From: Vermamoeba vermiformis
Taxonomy: Eukaryota
Direction: 5' to 3'
Assembly (NCBI GenBank): GCA_045837725.1
Contig: JBEWZL010000013.1
Coordinates: 124,001-188,000, forward strand
DNA: 64,000 nt
The translations under genes were made by a program, and so were the position numbers. Below, in pieces: positions 27,401 to 40,524 of the stretch. The notes under the pieces are model-generated. The model saw only the letters and a list, made by a program, of their open reading frames with translations. It was not told the origin of the DNA and did no database searches. Each line of letters begins with the position of its first letter. Position 1 is the stretch's first letter.

Positions 27401-28405
27401 ACGGTGGAGTACTGGGAAAACAATTTCTACATTTACGACACTGCCAAGGTCACCAGCTTCTACGACTTTGAAGGTGTTGTTAGCATTGCATCGGATCTGA
27501 CCAACGCGTACAACAACCCGCTCTACACTACCACTTGGAACAAGCCTAAGGTGAATCAAGTGCTGCGCAAGACACTTTACATCCGCGATCTCGACATCTT
27601 CTTGGTGGGTGACGTGATCGAAGCTACGAACAGCACCTTCAGAAAGAAGACTCTGTTGCACGCCTTGCAAATGATCGAGATTGATACCGACGCCAACACA
27701 GTGATCGAGAATGAACGCAAAGGCATTGATCGCTACAGAAACGTCAAGTCCGGCAAGATTATCATGGACGACACCGACCCCAGCAATCCCAATCAAATCA
27801 CTTACGATCTTCGTTGGGGCAATTCCACGCTATTGTTCGAAACTGCATTTCCGTCAAAGTTCTCGTACAGACTGGTCGGAGGAAGAAATCCAGTTGAAGG
27901 CAGTTACGCTGACTTTTGGGTCGATGACTACGCTAAAGACGCATGGGGTGGTATTCAGTCGCGTTCTTCAGTCAACTACCCGGTCTCATATGCAATTGAG
28001 ACAGCTTATAATACCTTTGGACCTACTTATGTTGGCGGTTATGGTCGCTACAGATTGGAAGTCGAGGCCGAGACCAATGAGGCCACAGACTACTTTTTGA
28101 ACATCTACAGACCTACCGTTGACGGCATCAACAACGAGATCCCTGCGTACACCACGTTCGAGGACAGCAACTTCTTTGGCGTGGTGTTCAATGTGAACGG
28201 CAGAGAATACAAAGCCAAGTTCCCCAAGAACGGCGATGCGCCATTCGTCGGTGACGCGCCACCTACGATACCTGTTTCTGTGCCCGCTTCGCCCGGAACG
28301 AAGACGCCTGGTAGCAACACTCCTGGCAAGCAAACTATCAGCGCTGCTAGTTCTGTCGTAACTAGCCTCGCACTGGGCTTGGCTGCATTAGCCTTAGCTT
28401 GTTAA
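24409..28405 (+). CDS. Secreted, probably GPI-anchored DNRLRE(CBM96-like)-PKD-heparinase II/III-like polysaccharide lyase
   Basis: Signal peptide; MKFDLSGIPADAYIISAQLNLT..FSRESTNPPTLTITW (DNRLRE); YTWTLVSAPPGS..TADVPGFYHVRL (PKD). The lyase region has MGYVYIRSDW..HQHLDQGAFNIYK..YYTRTISANGILIIDP..NDGGQR. A P/T linker and a hydrophobic C-terminal tail follow. Confidence 0.85.
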
Positions 28406-28506
28406 ATAAACTTATTTTCAGCGCAAATATATGAGCTGCTAGTCAAACTTATCTTTATGTTTACCTTAACGGATCAAGATCCAGATGCAAGCTGAAGAAG
28501 TCCAGT

Positions 28507-31500
28507 CTAGTTCAACTTTGCGAGTAAAGAAGTGACTACTGGCAGCGATTCCACCACCTCTTCATCCCCTTTCTCAACGTATATAAGAGTGGCTTCCATT
28601 CCCTTTCTCAAGTTCTCCTTGATCTCGCTGTTCGCCAACAGATCGGGTCTACAACAAAAAGTTAGCGGACTTACAAATGCGCTTAATAATATACCTCTTG
28701 GCGATAATCTGGTCTAATCTTTTTAGAGTTTTAGCAACTTCTTCCCAGTCTCCATCAACGGCTGAAGGGAAGCAAGTCGAAATGAAGGCGAATTTTTCGT
28801 TGAGGTTAGGTACTTGGGCTTCACAATAGTATATGACGTTCATATATGCCACTATTGTATCATTAGTAATTATAGTACGAAGTACTTCGACTTACTAAGT
28901 GCGTTGTCGTAGACCAAGGGTCGTGTCGTGCGGTACTCTGGGGTCAATTTTTGTTCAATCCAATTGATCAATTCTGTCCATCAGTGCCGTTAATATACAG
29001 TACTGGGCACCTATAGTATACTTACGAATGAAGTCATCTCCAGTTGGCAATGTGCTCGGACACAGCTCCATCGCAACACCTAGGGTGTCGTTGTGTCAGA
29101 AAATTGTCATTAGGCTTAATTGATCATACCGTAATGATTAACAACCGCTTGTTGAATATAACGCGAGTCATTATTGAAGAAATTTGCCAAGAAATCGAGC
29201 AAGGGTTTCTGTTTTTTTGGTGTTAGATCCGGTCATGAGTTGTCGAATGAACTTACAGCACTCAAGGCGAAGTGAGCAGCGAACGTTTCACAAGCAATAG
29301 CAACTATGCATAGGTCCAACCATCGTTCTTCAGGGTCCTCAGAGTCCTCAGGGTCCGATTTATCTTCATCAAAGGGGTCGACGACAGTGTCCAGCAAAAA
29401 ATTAACAAAGACACTAAAGCCCGGTTTTTGACAGAAGAGGTCCTTATTAGGAATGTGCTTGCATATTGTCGAGAAATAGTATATGACCTAAAACAGTATA
29501 AGCATTAAATTAGTCAACGAAAGGTGGATTCGCTCAGTAAATTCAAATTTCCAATAAGAATTAAACTAAATAGCGATATTAAGAAACGGTTCATTTAAAG
29601 GTACCAACGGTTTCAATATGAGATGTAAGAGTTCCTACTTACTTCAGCTCCAAAGCCTCGTTTTTCGTCGAACGGACTGTCTGTTACACCGAATGTCATA
29701 ACGCCAGCAGGAATCATCGCCATTAGTTCATTAGTAAAATTTGAATTGAACAGTAATTCTGGTGCTAAAGTAAGCACATGCGACACAACCTGAAAAAGTA
29801 AGATTTGTAAGTAAGCTGGATCCGAGCTCGAGCTTTGTTCGTTAAGATTCAGTACCTTATTGAACGCTCTAAAAACGTGTTCTTTGGTTTTAATATCAAA
29901 GGTAACCTCGTTGATGATTGTTTCGGACATTTGTCGCAAGCGAATGACTTCTGCGAAGTTCTGTTTTGCCCGCTCAGATGTGGTGAGGTCATGTCGCGTG
30001 ATGAGCTCCGAGAACGCATCAGAGCAAATCATAATAAAATCTAAGCTAGTTAGAACGCTTATAGGTGTACCTGAGACGTACCTGGGGTGGTTTGACTCTG
30101 ATAAAAACGTTTCCCAAAGGAGATCTCGCATTTGAGCGAGGTAGGGCTGCAATATCTCGTTGTCCACGTGCAGCAATAGTCTCCACATAGCTGACAGTGC
30201 CGATTTCTTTGCTTCAACACTACTGTTGAGGCCTCCACGCTAAATCAACGAGATAAAAATGAGTTCAGATCTACGAGGGACACGTGTCAAAAGTGTCACT
30301 CTAACTTACTCCCAATACGTAATCCAGCTGTCTATCCTTTTGATGAGGTACATCATCGTCGCCTAGAAGTAAAGTACATTAGATTCACTGAACGAATCAT
30401 TCATGAATGATCGTACCACTGTCCATTTCGTCCGAAAAGGCGATGACATCCGCCGATGCTTTTTCCATTAAGATTGGAAAGATGATTGGAAGGAATGGCG
30501 CAAAGTTGTTGCCAAGCGAGCTCACGGCAAACTCCGTCAACTTAATCACCAAGCTTTCATTCGCTTCTCTGTCATTCTTAAAGTCTTCCACTGCCTGGGC
30601 GTACAATTCAGACACGTCAGTGGCAATGCTCGCTTTGTTCGTCGCGCTCAACACTGCGCCTATTCTGCCTAGTGTCTCCATGACCGAGTCACGTGTCATT
30701 TTGTCACCAGTGGCAAGCAGTTTTTTGAACTGTTTCAGTGCCGACTCCTTGTACTACCCGCCAAAAGGTTATTATCGAAGTTAATATACTTTAATCATTC
30801 CTACCTTCAAGAACGTATTGTCGGATATCATGAGCAATGCACAGATCGCAAAAATAGCCTCGTGTCGCTTAGCAGAATTGTCGTCGCTAATCACGTACAA
30901 CTTCTCCAACAAGGGCTGTAAATACGGCTCTAATTTTGTCTCGTCGTCAACGTGTTCACAGTAGCGAGTAATGAACGAGCAGACTAAGAATTTGATCCTG
31001 CAAATAAACTTTGTAAAATTGTACTAACATCGAAAGATCCATGGATCCGCGTACCTCATACTCGGGGAATCAATTAACTTTAATATAATTGGTAGAATTT
31101 GCGCAGCGTAATCTTCGGCAATTTTCATCTGTGTCAATTAATGAGCGACGATTCATCGGATCCGAACTGTTTTGTTAAACTTACTTCTGTTTCCTCGCTA
31201 AGATAGGAAGGCAAAGTGGACAAATAATGGAGCGATGATATGGTCATTTCTCGGTCTTCTGATACTTGGAAATAAGGGAAGAAGTATCTAGAGTTGCATA
31301 AGTGTTAATCCAAAGTGACGTGTGAAAATTTTATGACACGTGTCATGATCGGATCCGAATGTCAATTTTTGAATTGTCCCACAAGCAGAAAAAAGTAATA
31401 GATTTAATGACACGTGTCAAACATCGAATACTTACGTTGCCATAAAGTTAGGCAAGTTCTGCACTATCGCACTAGCACATCCTTCAGCAATTGCATTGAT

Positions 31501-32972
31501 GATGCTAAGGATTGTTATCGGCCTTCGCGGCGACGGTTCAATGGACTTGAAAGCCGCTTCAAAAGTTTGGAATGCTCTTCTAGCAAAGGGTTCTAAAGGA
31601 GTTACATATTAAGCCCATTCATTCATATGAATGTTTTAAGCCTTACTTAGTGACATGCTCAAGTAGTTAAACGACTCTTCAATTTCATGCGTTGGCGAGT
31701 CACTTTCGGGGTCAAAGTCCTCGCTCAAGAATTTTTGCTAGCAATCTTGTCAGGACCAATAGAATAGCAATAGTAGGTCTATTTCAAATGACTTACCCAT
31801 GCCTCGCCAAGCGGTACTTCATGAAGGTACTTTGTCATCGCTCGGATGAAGTTGCCCAAGTACATCCAGTACCAATCGACTTCTTCCAAATAATCGGTCT
31901 TGTGCCACTCCAAGAACAATTCAGCGCAAGACAGCAAGTGTTGTGAGACTACATCAATAGGCACTTCTTTCTTAATCGCCAATTCGCAGAACTTTTCGGT
32001 TACTTTAGCAACGCTGAAGATCAAGGTAAGAATAATGTTTCATGAGCTGAATAAATGTAACGTACCGTTGCGGAAGTTCTTTAAAAATACAAGGTGCAAT
32101 AAATTCACGATAACGCCGCAAAAAACTGCTGGCAAAGTTGAGGTACTTCACACGCGAGACGTTCACTTGGGACAGGATGTGGAGCTCCAGCTCCAAATGA
32201 AAATTCGCTAAATGCATTAAATTTGCTCTTACAAAGGATGCTCGTGACTCTTCAAAGCCTTCGACCAATTGTCGCACCATCTCATCGAGCGCAGTGTCAA
32301 GTTTTTTGGTGAAAGTGCCCAGATCTCTGATCGACAAAAATCCGTCTGAAAAAAGACTCTTATTGTTACTTCCTACGCCTTTAGTCTTCTTCTTTCTGAG
32401 TTCTTGCATCCAGCTCGGAACACGATTGTTTTTCTTCTCTGGTGTAAAGTACTGGATCGCACTTTCAGCCTTCTCGCCCAGATCTCTGTTTCAACGCTGA
32501 TTAAGTGCCGTTGTATTATGTTAAATACTAACCTTAGTAAATATACTTTGCGCCAATCAACTCGACGTTCTTTGTCGGCACCTTGATGGATGAAAGTGTC
32601 AGTCCTGCAGGATCTGGACTTTCAGTGACAACGGCTTACCTCCTTCGCGCATAGGAATAAGCCAATTCTTCGCGTAGTCCTTTTCAGTTGGCAAAACCTC
32701 CCATCTTGTCAAGCAGAACTGTCGCCAAAGCTCGTTGTTAACGCTCATCTGGCTCCATTTTTTGCAAACTTCCGCGAAATTATCTTTAAATAATTTTAGA
32801 AATTAGTGTAAGGAATAACAAACTATAATTTGAACGAAATCATGTTATTTATTTTACTAAAATTTAAAAAAATTGGCGGACAGAAAGTCTTACGTAATTC
32901 AAATGGATCCAACGCGGCGAAGAATGAAAAGAGCACTTCCGTGGGCCAAGAATTAATGTCAAACGAGTTCAT
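28507..32972 (-). CDS. F-box + importin-beta (IPO4/IPO5-like) HEAT-repeat fusion protein
   Basis: N-terminal WPTEVLFSFFAALDPFEL..VCKKW..NNELWRQFC (F-box). It splices in frame into SIINAIAEGC, RDSVMETLGRIG, FAPFLPIIFPILMEKA, EAKKSA and YDNALS, which resemble karyopherin-beta 3/4 HEAT segments. Confidence 0.75.
31334..31345. repeat. Intronic palindrome TGACACGTGTCA, copy 1 (extends to 14 bp, ATGACACGTGTCAT)
   Basis: Read directly; lies in the intron at about 31288-31435 of the F-box-importin gene. Confidence 0.9.
31408..31419. repeat. Intronic palindrome TGACACGTGTCA, copy 2
   Basis: Read directly; same intron as copy 1, near its donor site. Confidence 0.9.
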
Positions 32973-33214
32973 GTCTGGCGTGATAAGTAAGAATTGTTAG
33001 ACTGACTGGACGACAGTAGCAAAAAATCTTTTTGAGGCCTGGAGAATCACAAAAAGCTATTTAGTTATTACGAAGACCCTTATATATTATAACTTTAAAC
33101 TTACTTTATCAATTTGAATGCAGGCACGGTGCGTTCTTTCGGCGCCAAGATCCAAATTTACTCAAACGCGACTCGGTTTCGAGTTTGTAGAGTTCCTTTT
33201 GTCCCATATTACTA

Positions 33215-33925
33215 TTATGAAGTCTTTCTGCTGTATTTTAAGGTGATTTTTTTGTATTTGTACGAGTTCATGTCCGGCAACTGTTTGTACACTGAATCCG
33301 TCAACTTCATCACTTGAAGCCAATGCAGTGGCTCTTCATTCGGATCAGTAACGCCCCCTAATATAATATTTGATAATTAATCCGGCTTTGATGTTGAATT
33401 AACCACTAATTTAGTTTTACGTCCGATCAACAGCTGGATCGGATTCAAATCAGATCGTAGTAAGTAGAAAGCTATGATAACGTACTCATTCGATATATAG
33501 TGATCTCTCGTTGATGATAGTAATGTATTCTACCACGGATAACAACAAAGTCGCCTACTTCGAAGAGATCCGTCGCTGGATTATTGTTGTTCCATTTATT
33601 GCATAGAATGACACCTGTGCCATCATCAACTGGTATTACGTTAATATATATGCCTTAGTGTATTTTATAATAGAACGTACTCCACATCTTGCTTTTATCA
33701 ACGTAGCCCCGCAGATCGACAATAATTCCTGCGATCTCAACTCGCGCAACTGGGTGTCCGTAATAATTGATTATGTCTGGTTATTATTGAACACATTAGC
33801 AATGTTATATAACTGTGTATATTATTCGTACTGTTGAAGTCGTAATACTGTGGTGCTTGCAAAAGTGCGCGGATCGACAATTTAACTGAAGCGTAAAGCA
33901 CTGGATCGAGCGTCCACTGCGTCAT
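33215..33925 (-). CDS. STN1: CST complex subunit STN1-like OB-fold protein (short form)
   Basis: VKLSI..GHPVARVEIAGIIV..DDGTGVILC..GDFVVIRGRIHYY.QREITI..DPNEEPLHWLQVMKL, an STN1/RPA32-type OB fold. The 3' end is approximate. Confidence 0.72.
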
Positions 33926-34439
33926 CGGTAATAATTTTATGCGTATCCTTATTATTAGTATGGTTATCATTGTTTGTCTTGTCTCCTTTCTCCATTTTTG
34001 ATTGTGGATCCCGCCTAAAAAAAATAAATGGTTATATTAGGCATTAATTTCGATTTAAATATTATTATTAATGCTTATTGTTGAAATTTAATAATTTTCT
34101 AGCCACCAAACAGAAAAATAAGCAAATACAGGTGAGATCAAATGGTGTCGTACCTCGATCAGGAACTTGCGTGTTTAAATCGTCATGATGCACATATGTA
34201 TAGCTGTACTGTATTGTTTATAGCAAAATTAAAATATCTTCTGTGCTCTTACAGGCAGGTGGCAGCATCAAAATCAAATCCAAAAAAAAATTCGACTCGA
34301 GACACACAAGAGCCATCAACCAAGCCTCCTTTAGTTTCCTTTCGCAGGCTCGCTCCTTATCCTGTACAGCACTTTGTATATTTCTTGTATATATTCTCTT
34401 TCACTGTAAATAGCCTCACTCCACTTCCAAATCTCAATA

Positions 34440-34973
34440 ATGGGTCGCTTGTTCTTGAATTATCTTTCTGGCAATAAGGTCTATGTGTGCAGCACTTGCG
34501 AGTCGCATTTTACAACCTATGACGATATCGTCTCGAAGGTAAACTCAGGATCAATCCGACAGATTTGCAAATACTAAATTCAAACGCAGGCTTTTCAAGG
34601 TCGACATGGAAAAGCATATCTATTCCGTGGAGTGTGAGTAATATTTGAATTTTTCTGGCATAAACTTAGCTATCAAGAGAAAAGTTTTTAAATATTCAAA
34701 TTTCTAGGGTGAATGTGACCGCAGGACCGATTGAGAAGAGAAATCTTCGAACGGGAATGCACCAAGTTGCAGACATATATTGCAATCAATGCCAGGAGAT
34801 TGTCGGCTGGAAATACGTGAGTTTAATTTTCCTCATCGGGATTCACGAAATAATTTTGGGGTCTAATAATTGCTCTATTACAGGAGATTGCCTATGAAGA
34901 AAGTCAAAAATATAAAGAAGGCAAATTCATCATCGAAAAGGCTAAGCTGAAGCGTGCAAGCAATTGGGCTTAG
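34440..34973 (+). CDS. YPEL: Yippee-like zinc-binding protein
   Basis: [72 protein letters not shown]. Confidence 0.96.
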
Positions 34974-35328
34974 TTCATCCGCCGTTCAAACCTTTCTTAT
35001 CCTTGTACCATAGTGTTTCATAGTTAATTTTCTATCAATATGCATATAATATCCGAATTTCTCATCGAAATCAAAGGCAATACGCTCACAACTCCAATTC
35101 GGCCCAACTGGATTTTGTAAATCTCCCGTGCAGCGTTTTTGATGATTCGATATTCATTCGATTTGTTAATAAATACTCTTTTAGCAGGTTAGTAGCATTA
35201 CGCATATTTATTTGGCTCAGATTGCGCGACATTCACAAATCTTGCATCCGCTACGCTGTTCGTTGCCCTTGGTGCTTGTCAATATGAATCTATCTATTTA
35301 TCTAACCTTTGAAACTATAATTACATAT

Positions 35329-36213
35329 CTAAATATTGTACGGGTTGCACCTCTTTTTCTCCGCAGCCAGGGCCTTTACATCACACGGGCAATGCTCAAA
35401 AAGCACTGTGTTTTCACCACGTGTGGCGGCAGCGGAGATTCCCTCGGGCATTGCAAACACAAAAGAACGGCCGTCGGGCAAAGATAGCGCGAGATCAATA
35501 GGTCTGGTGGATTGCACGGTGTTCTGCGCGTCTTTGAAGTGACCTTGCAGCGTGCATTCAGTGCCTTCAATTTTGTTGTGCCACTGATAGTCGTGTTGGT
35601 CGTAGGGCTCGGACATCGATTCGAAGCTCATAGCACCAAGCTGAAGCTTGAATTGATCATTGTATGATGCAGTTTTGAATGAGCCTAAAATTGTAATGAG
35701 TGTATATTTTTAAAGGCGGATCTTAAGATTGCAATTATACCTGTTAGACTCAATGGCACCAGAGATGCTTTCTTGACATCAAACGAAGGAATGGTGAGTA
35801 TCTCGACCGAATGCGATTTATCGTCAATCGTCAAGAAGTAATGGGCCGGCGTTGTCGAGCAGTGATCGAACAATTGTCCGCGAAGCTGGATGTCGATTGT
35901 AGGATCAACACCTGTCAAAAATGTGTTAATTATTGTTTGTGAATTGTTATGGGGCGAGCTTACTTCCTAAAGCCTGGTTGATAGTAAACAAATCGATTTG
36001 TAATTGGATGCATCCGCTCTTTTCGGTAAAAGCGAGAATGTTGGTTCCATGCGGCATCGATAGGGCACTTGCTACCGCATGCCACGGTCTTGAAGCGTGT
36101 GTTTCATTGTAAGAGGGGCTAGTGCGATCGGCACATGGATCTCGTGAGGTGCACAAACAGTTGTGCCACGTGCAACAAAGGGATATGACTGCAAGTAGTA
36201 TAATTGTACGCAT
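35329..36213 (-). CDS. Hypothetical secreted Cys-containing protein
   Basis: Signal peptide MRTIILLAVISLCCTW and three spliceable ORFs (35947-36261, 35685-35918, 35329-35631). No family recognised; 3' end uncertain. Confidence 0.55.
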
Positions 36214-36551
36214 AATGTGAATTTGTGAGCTGTCGTGCTCTTGGGAATGAAAAATAGACAAAAGCGATTTCGGATCGACAGTAAATTTAAATCAGCAGAT
36301 AATTTTCAATTGGGAAAGTAAACCAGTAAAATACAAAGAAATTCTTCTTGGTTAGGTATTATATATGAAACGAATAATATTAACGTGAAACTTTTTCGAT
36401 GATAATTCTCCTTCGTACCTTTGATAGAATTGACATTGAATACGACATTGATGGCATTGCTTCTTTAGGAATCTATTATTAGAAGTATATCAAAACGATC
36501 AATCTACCTTCACACGAAATAAATATTTACTGTATATCAAGTTTCATTGAC

Positions 36552-37872
36552 CTATTTTGAGCTCTTTTCGTTCTTGCGCGTGATGGCCAATCCAACCTTT
36601 GAGCGCGTGTCTTTGTTGAGAGTGCGCGAGATCATATTGCCCACTTCAATCAGCCTGTCCAAATTGACACCTGTTTCAATGCCCATTCCATTGAGCATGT
36701 ACACGACTTCCTCGGTAGCCACGTTGCCCGACGCACCCTTTGCCAAATTTAGCAACGGCAACATAAAGCACATGAATATCAAAGCGGCCTTACCTTCGCG
36801 TAAGGGCAGCCACCCAATCCAGCGACAGAGCTATCAACAACACTCACGCCCATTTGCAAGGCAGTGACAATGTTAGCAAGTGCTTGGCCATAGGTGTCGT
36901 GGAAGTGCACGGCCAATTGTTGCACCGGCACGTGCTTTTGTACTTCATTTAACATGGCGACGGTGCTGCCTGCATCGAACATTAGCCCAAATCTACTCTG
37001 TTTGTATTATCATCACAACATACCAGGAGTTCCAGTGCCGATAGTGTCACCGAGTGAAATTTCATAACAGCCCATATCGAGCAGTTTTTTAGCGACACGT
37101 GCAACGGCCTCAGGTGCAATCTTGCCTTCATAAGGACAACCTAACACGCACGAGACATATCCGCGAACTTTGACGTTTTGTGCCTTAGCTGCTTGCATCA
37201 CTTCTTCAAATCTTTTCAAGCTCTCCTCGATGGAGCAGTTAATGTTCTTTTGACTGAATGATTCACTAGCAGCTCCAAATATGGCAACTTCATTGGCACC
37301 GGCCTCTACTGCAGCCTGGAATCCCTTCAAGTTGGGCGCGAGTACTGGATAAGACACGCCAGGCAATTTTTTGATGGACTTCAAAACGTCACTGCTGTCG
37401 GCCATCTAAGGCAAAAATTAGCCCTAGGATGGTAGTTATTGATAATTGTTACGTACTTGAGGCACCCATTTGGGCGAAACAAAAGCTCCGGCTTCAATAA
37501 CTTTAAGTCCGCTTTCTCCGAGTTTGTTGATCAGATCGACTTTGACATTTAAAGGAATAATTTCTTTCTCATTTTGGAGACCGTCTCTAGGGCCTACTTC
37601 GACGATTTTAACTGACTTGGGAAGATTGGAACCAAAAGAAAATGGTGCTTGCATTTTTGCCGATTGCTGAAACAACCAATAATAATTAGTAAAAATATTT
37701 TGACTATTATAATTGCACAAACAACATCTATTTTCGTCATTATTAATTTATTTAATTATTTTTGAAATTAATTTGTAATTTTACTTACAGCAAACGTTCT
37801 TTTAGCTACTTTCGCAGGAGTCTTCAAAGTTCTAAAGCCAAGAAAAACTGTTCGAACTGTATTACCGAACAT
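36552..37872 (-). CDS. HMGCL: Hydroxymethylglutaryl-CoA lyase, mitochondrial
   Basis: Arg/Lys-rich presequence exon; [64 protein letters not shown]. Confidence 0.98.
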
Positions 37873-38082
37873 AATTTAATGTGTTACAATGAGTTGTGTA
37901 GATCACGAAGGACCTTCTGGATTCGAATGAAAACTAGAACATTCCAAACTTCGACGAAGAGACACCGCGGGACGGAGTTTTTTTCTAACAACTTAATTAC
38001 ACGTCTTAATATTATTTAGCGTAAGATGCGTTCGCGTTGTAAGTTGTGTTTATTGTTGATTGGATCAACCAATGTACAGTGC

Positions 38083-38811
38083 TTAATCGATCTTTCTGAT
38101 CAATAAATAAATGTTATTATCGAGCTCAATGCCTTGCAAGTTCCTTTGATCTCCTTTCAGCAACATTAACAAGCCTCCAAATGAAGCAAAGACGGAACTA
38201 AGCCATAAAACAATTGTCAGATCTCGTGTACGAATAAATATGCAAATACTAGGACTTACATTTTCATATTAGTGCCTTCCTTAATTTTAAACACCTTGCC
38301 GTACATAGCATATTCATATTTGTCCAACAGCGAAGGAGCGCCATCTGCGGGCTGTGTAGTTGAACCATCCAAATTTAAGCTCTTAGACAAAGCCATAGTA
38401 AACTAGTATTATCATAAAATTAATATAATTGCCACGAATTATTTAGCTATTCCATTCTGCGATCCGCCCGATCCCAATTTATGATCCTGTTTCCAAACGC
38501 GTAAATCAGCTTACCTTTTGGTTTAATCTGAGTTTATATATTTCGCTGTTAATATCCAATTGTAACTCCATTTCGAAGTTGTCGCTGGTGCAATCCAAAC
38601 GAGAAACTATTAAAAAATTATTATTATCCTTCTAAAAAATCCTATAAATTATGCAATACGATTTCATCGTTATACAATCAACCGTAAGTAATATTTGTAA
38701 ATTATTGGGTGCAAATGAAGCGTTTTCTGTTAATCTACCTCGATCGAAGAAAGTGCCGTCTTTGTTAATGGCTTTAACTTCAAAATAATCTTCAAATAAG
38801 ATGGAACTCAT
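38083..38811 (-). CDS. POLR2H: RNA polymerase I/II/III shared subunit RPB8
   Basis: LFEDYFEV..FDRVSRL..MELQLDINSEIY..SLLDKYEYAMYGKVFK..ASFGGLLMLLKGD..IYLLIRK. Confidence 0.96.
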
Positions 38812-39229
38812 TATGGCTAAGGCTCTTAAGTGGTGTTACAACGACAAAATTGCTAACAAATAGTCCGCGACAAGTTTCGTCTTTTTCTCCTTTCACGCCG
38901 TCCAAAAAACCACGCAACCCACTAATGGACCAAAAATATCTGATAATCGATTCGCCCTATCGGAATATTTTTGAAATTGAGTTGTGGAGTAAGCGCAATA
39001 ATTTCTGATCGTGAATTAGATTTGGAAGATCACTCCACACCAAGGCACTATCGAAAAGAATATACTAAAAAACGCATGAATGCAAAGCAAATGAGCCTCG
39101 CTGTCAAAGATCAATTTGAATTCTCATAGAGAATTGGCATATTTCTCAAACCTGGCCTACTTTCAATCAGCAGTAACGTGGCCCTAGAATGTTCTTCACA
39201 ATTGATTCCATCTAAAGCTGTCATACACA

Positions 39230-40203
39230 ATGGAGTCATCTCCGAATATTCAAGATGTACTGCCTTCTGAGCTGCTCGTCCTCTGCTTCAGCTTCTTAGG
39301 AGCTCAAGATCTATGTAAAGCCTCATTAGTTTGCAAACGATGGCATAGGTAATATTGATTTAATCAATTATCATTTTGAAAACGAAGGAGCGAGCTAATT
39401 TTTGACGTAGTGCTGGACAATACGATCCCTTATGGAAAAGATTTGCAATGCGGACATGGATCAAGTCAAAAGAACTTTGCAATATTATCAGTGAATCAAC
39501 TTGTCAAAGTTGGAAATTAATTTGCCAAAAATTAACCAAGGAGAAAATAAAGAGTAAGTTTCAATCAAAAATTGATTTCAGATCCGCTGGATCCCATTAA
39601 TTTTGGTTCTTGCTAACACTCCATTGTGTAGAGAAAGAAGAGACGCTTGAGACAAGATTCAAAATTACCATCCGCGATACAATTATGAGCCAAATTCGAT
39701 TTATTGCTAGTTTGAGCGCAGTCCTCTTCATTGCCATTCTCGCGCTCTATTTTGCCATTCATTATCGTAATTACACTTACGAGCAATTCGTCAAGTCATA
39801 TAGCCAAATGTGGACCACGAAATGTATAGATTATTCATATGACATCCGGAAGTGCTCTCAAGTGCTCTGCTTGTTCGAACAAACTATCGTGCTCATGGTA
39901 TGGGCTACCGTGTGCGTCCTGCAGCCTATAATATTTCAACTGCTATTCATGTTTGACGAAGCGTGTTGTCGATTGTACCTCGTTACCTTTGGCTGGCTCG
40001 CACCTCCCTCGTTGCTCAAGGACTTGGACACGAGCAGAATGGCGCGTGTGATACTTGGATCCAATGCCATCATGGCCGTTGTCATTATAACTGCGCTAGT
40101 CTATTCAATCAAGTCGGTCATTCAGTACTACTACACCAAGAGCAAAATCAAGCGGAGATTCTTTCAAAAGCTAAGAAGAGGCTTTTCTCAAGGCATATTC
40201 TAA
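39230..40203 (+). CDS. F-box protein with multi-pass transmembrane C-terminus
   Basis: LPSELLVLCFSFLGAQDLCKASLVCKRWH..DPLWK (F-box). ORF 39610-40203 contains 3-4 hydrophobic segments. Confidence 0.78.
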
Positions 40204-40524
40204 ATCTAAAACAATACGATTATAATTAATGAGTAATAAACTGTACTTTTAATTTAATCGCTAAGATCTGCATCTTGCGCAAGCAACCCGAAGTAACAGA
40301 CGTGCAACAAGGAGGTTTGTAGATGTATTTTTTACACCTTTGTAGTGTAGTTGAGCTGGTGTGCCATAAAGACTGTACAAAACCCGAATTCGGCTGTTTA
40401 TCAGATTTTTCGCAGTTTTCCAGCCCACGTGCCGCAAGTCTCTATCCAAAAAGCGTTCCATTTCAGTTATTTTCATTCTTAACACTACCCGTTGACCACA
40501 AAACAAAACCACTTTCGTACAAAA

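Noticed and set aside
27299-28333. Antisense ORFs over the lyase gene
   Set aside because: Explained by biased codon usage on the sense strand.
24409-28405. Bacterial contamination as the source of the lyase gene
   Set aside because: The gene has many canonical spliceosomal introns like its neighbours and a eukaryotic GPI-like tail.
30688-30699. Near-copy of the palindrome (GTCACGTGTCAT) in an exon
   Set aside because: Imperfect and within coding sequence (MTRD on the minus strand); not counted.
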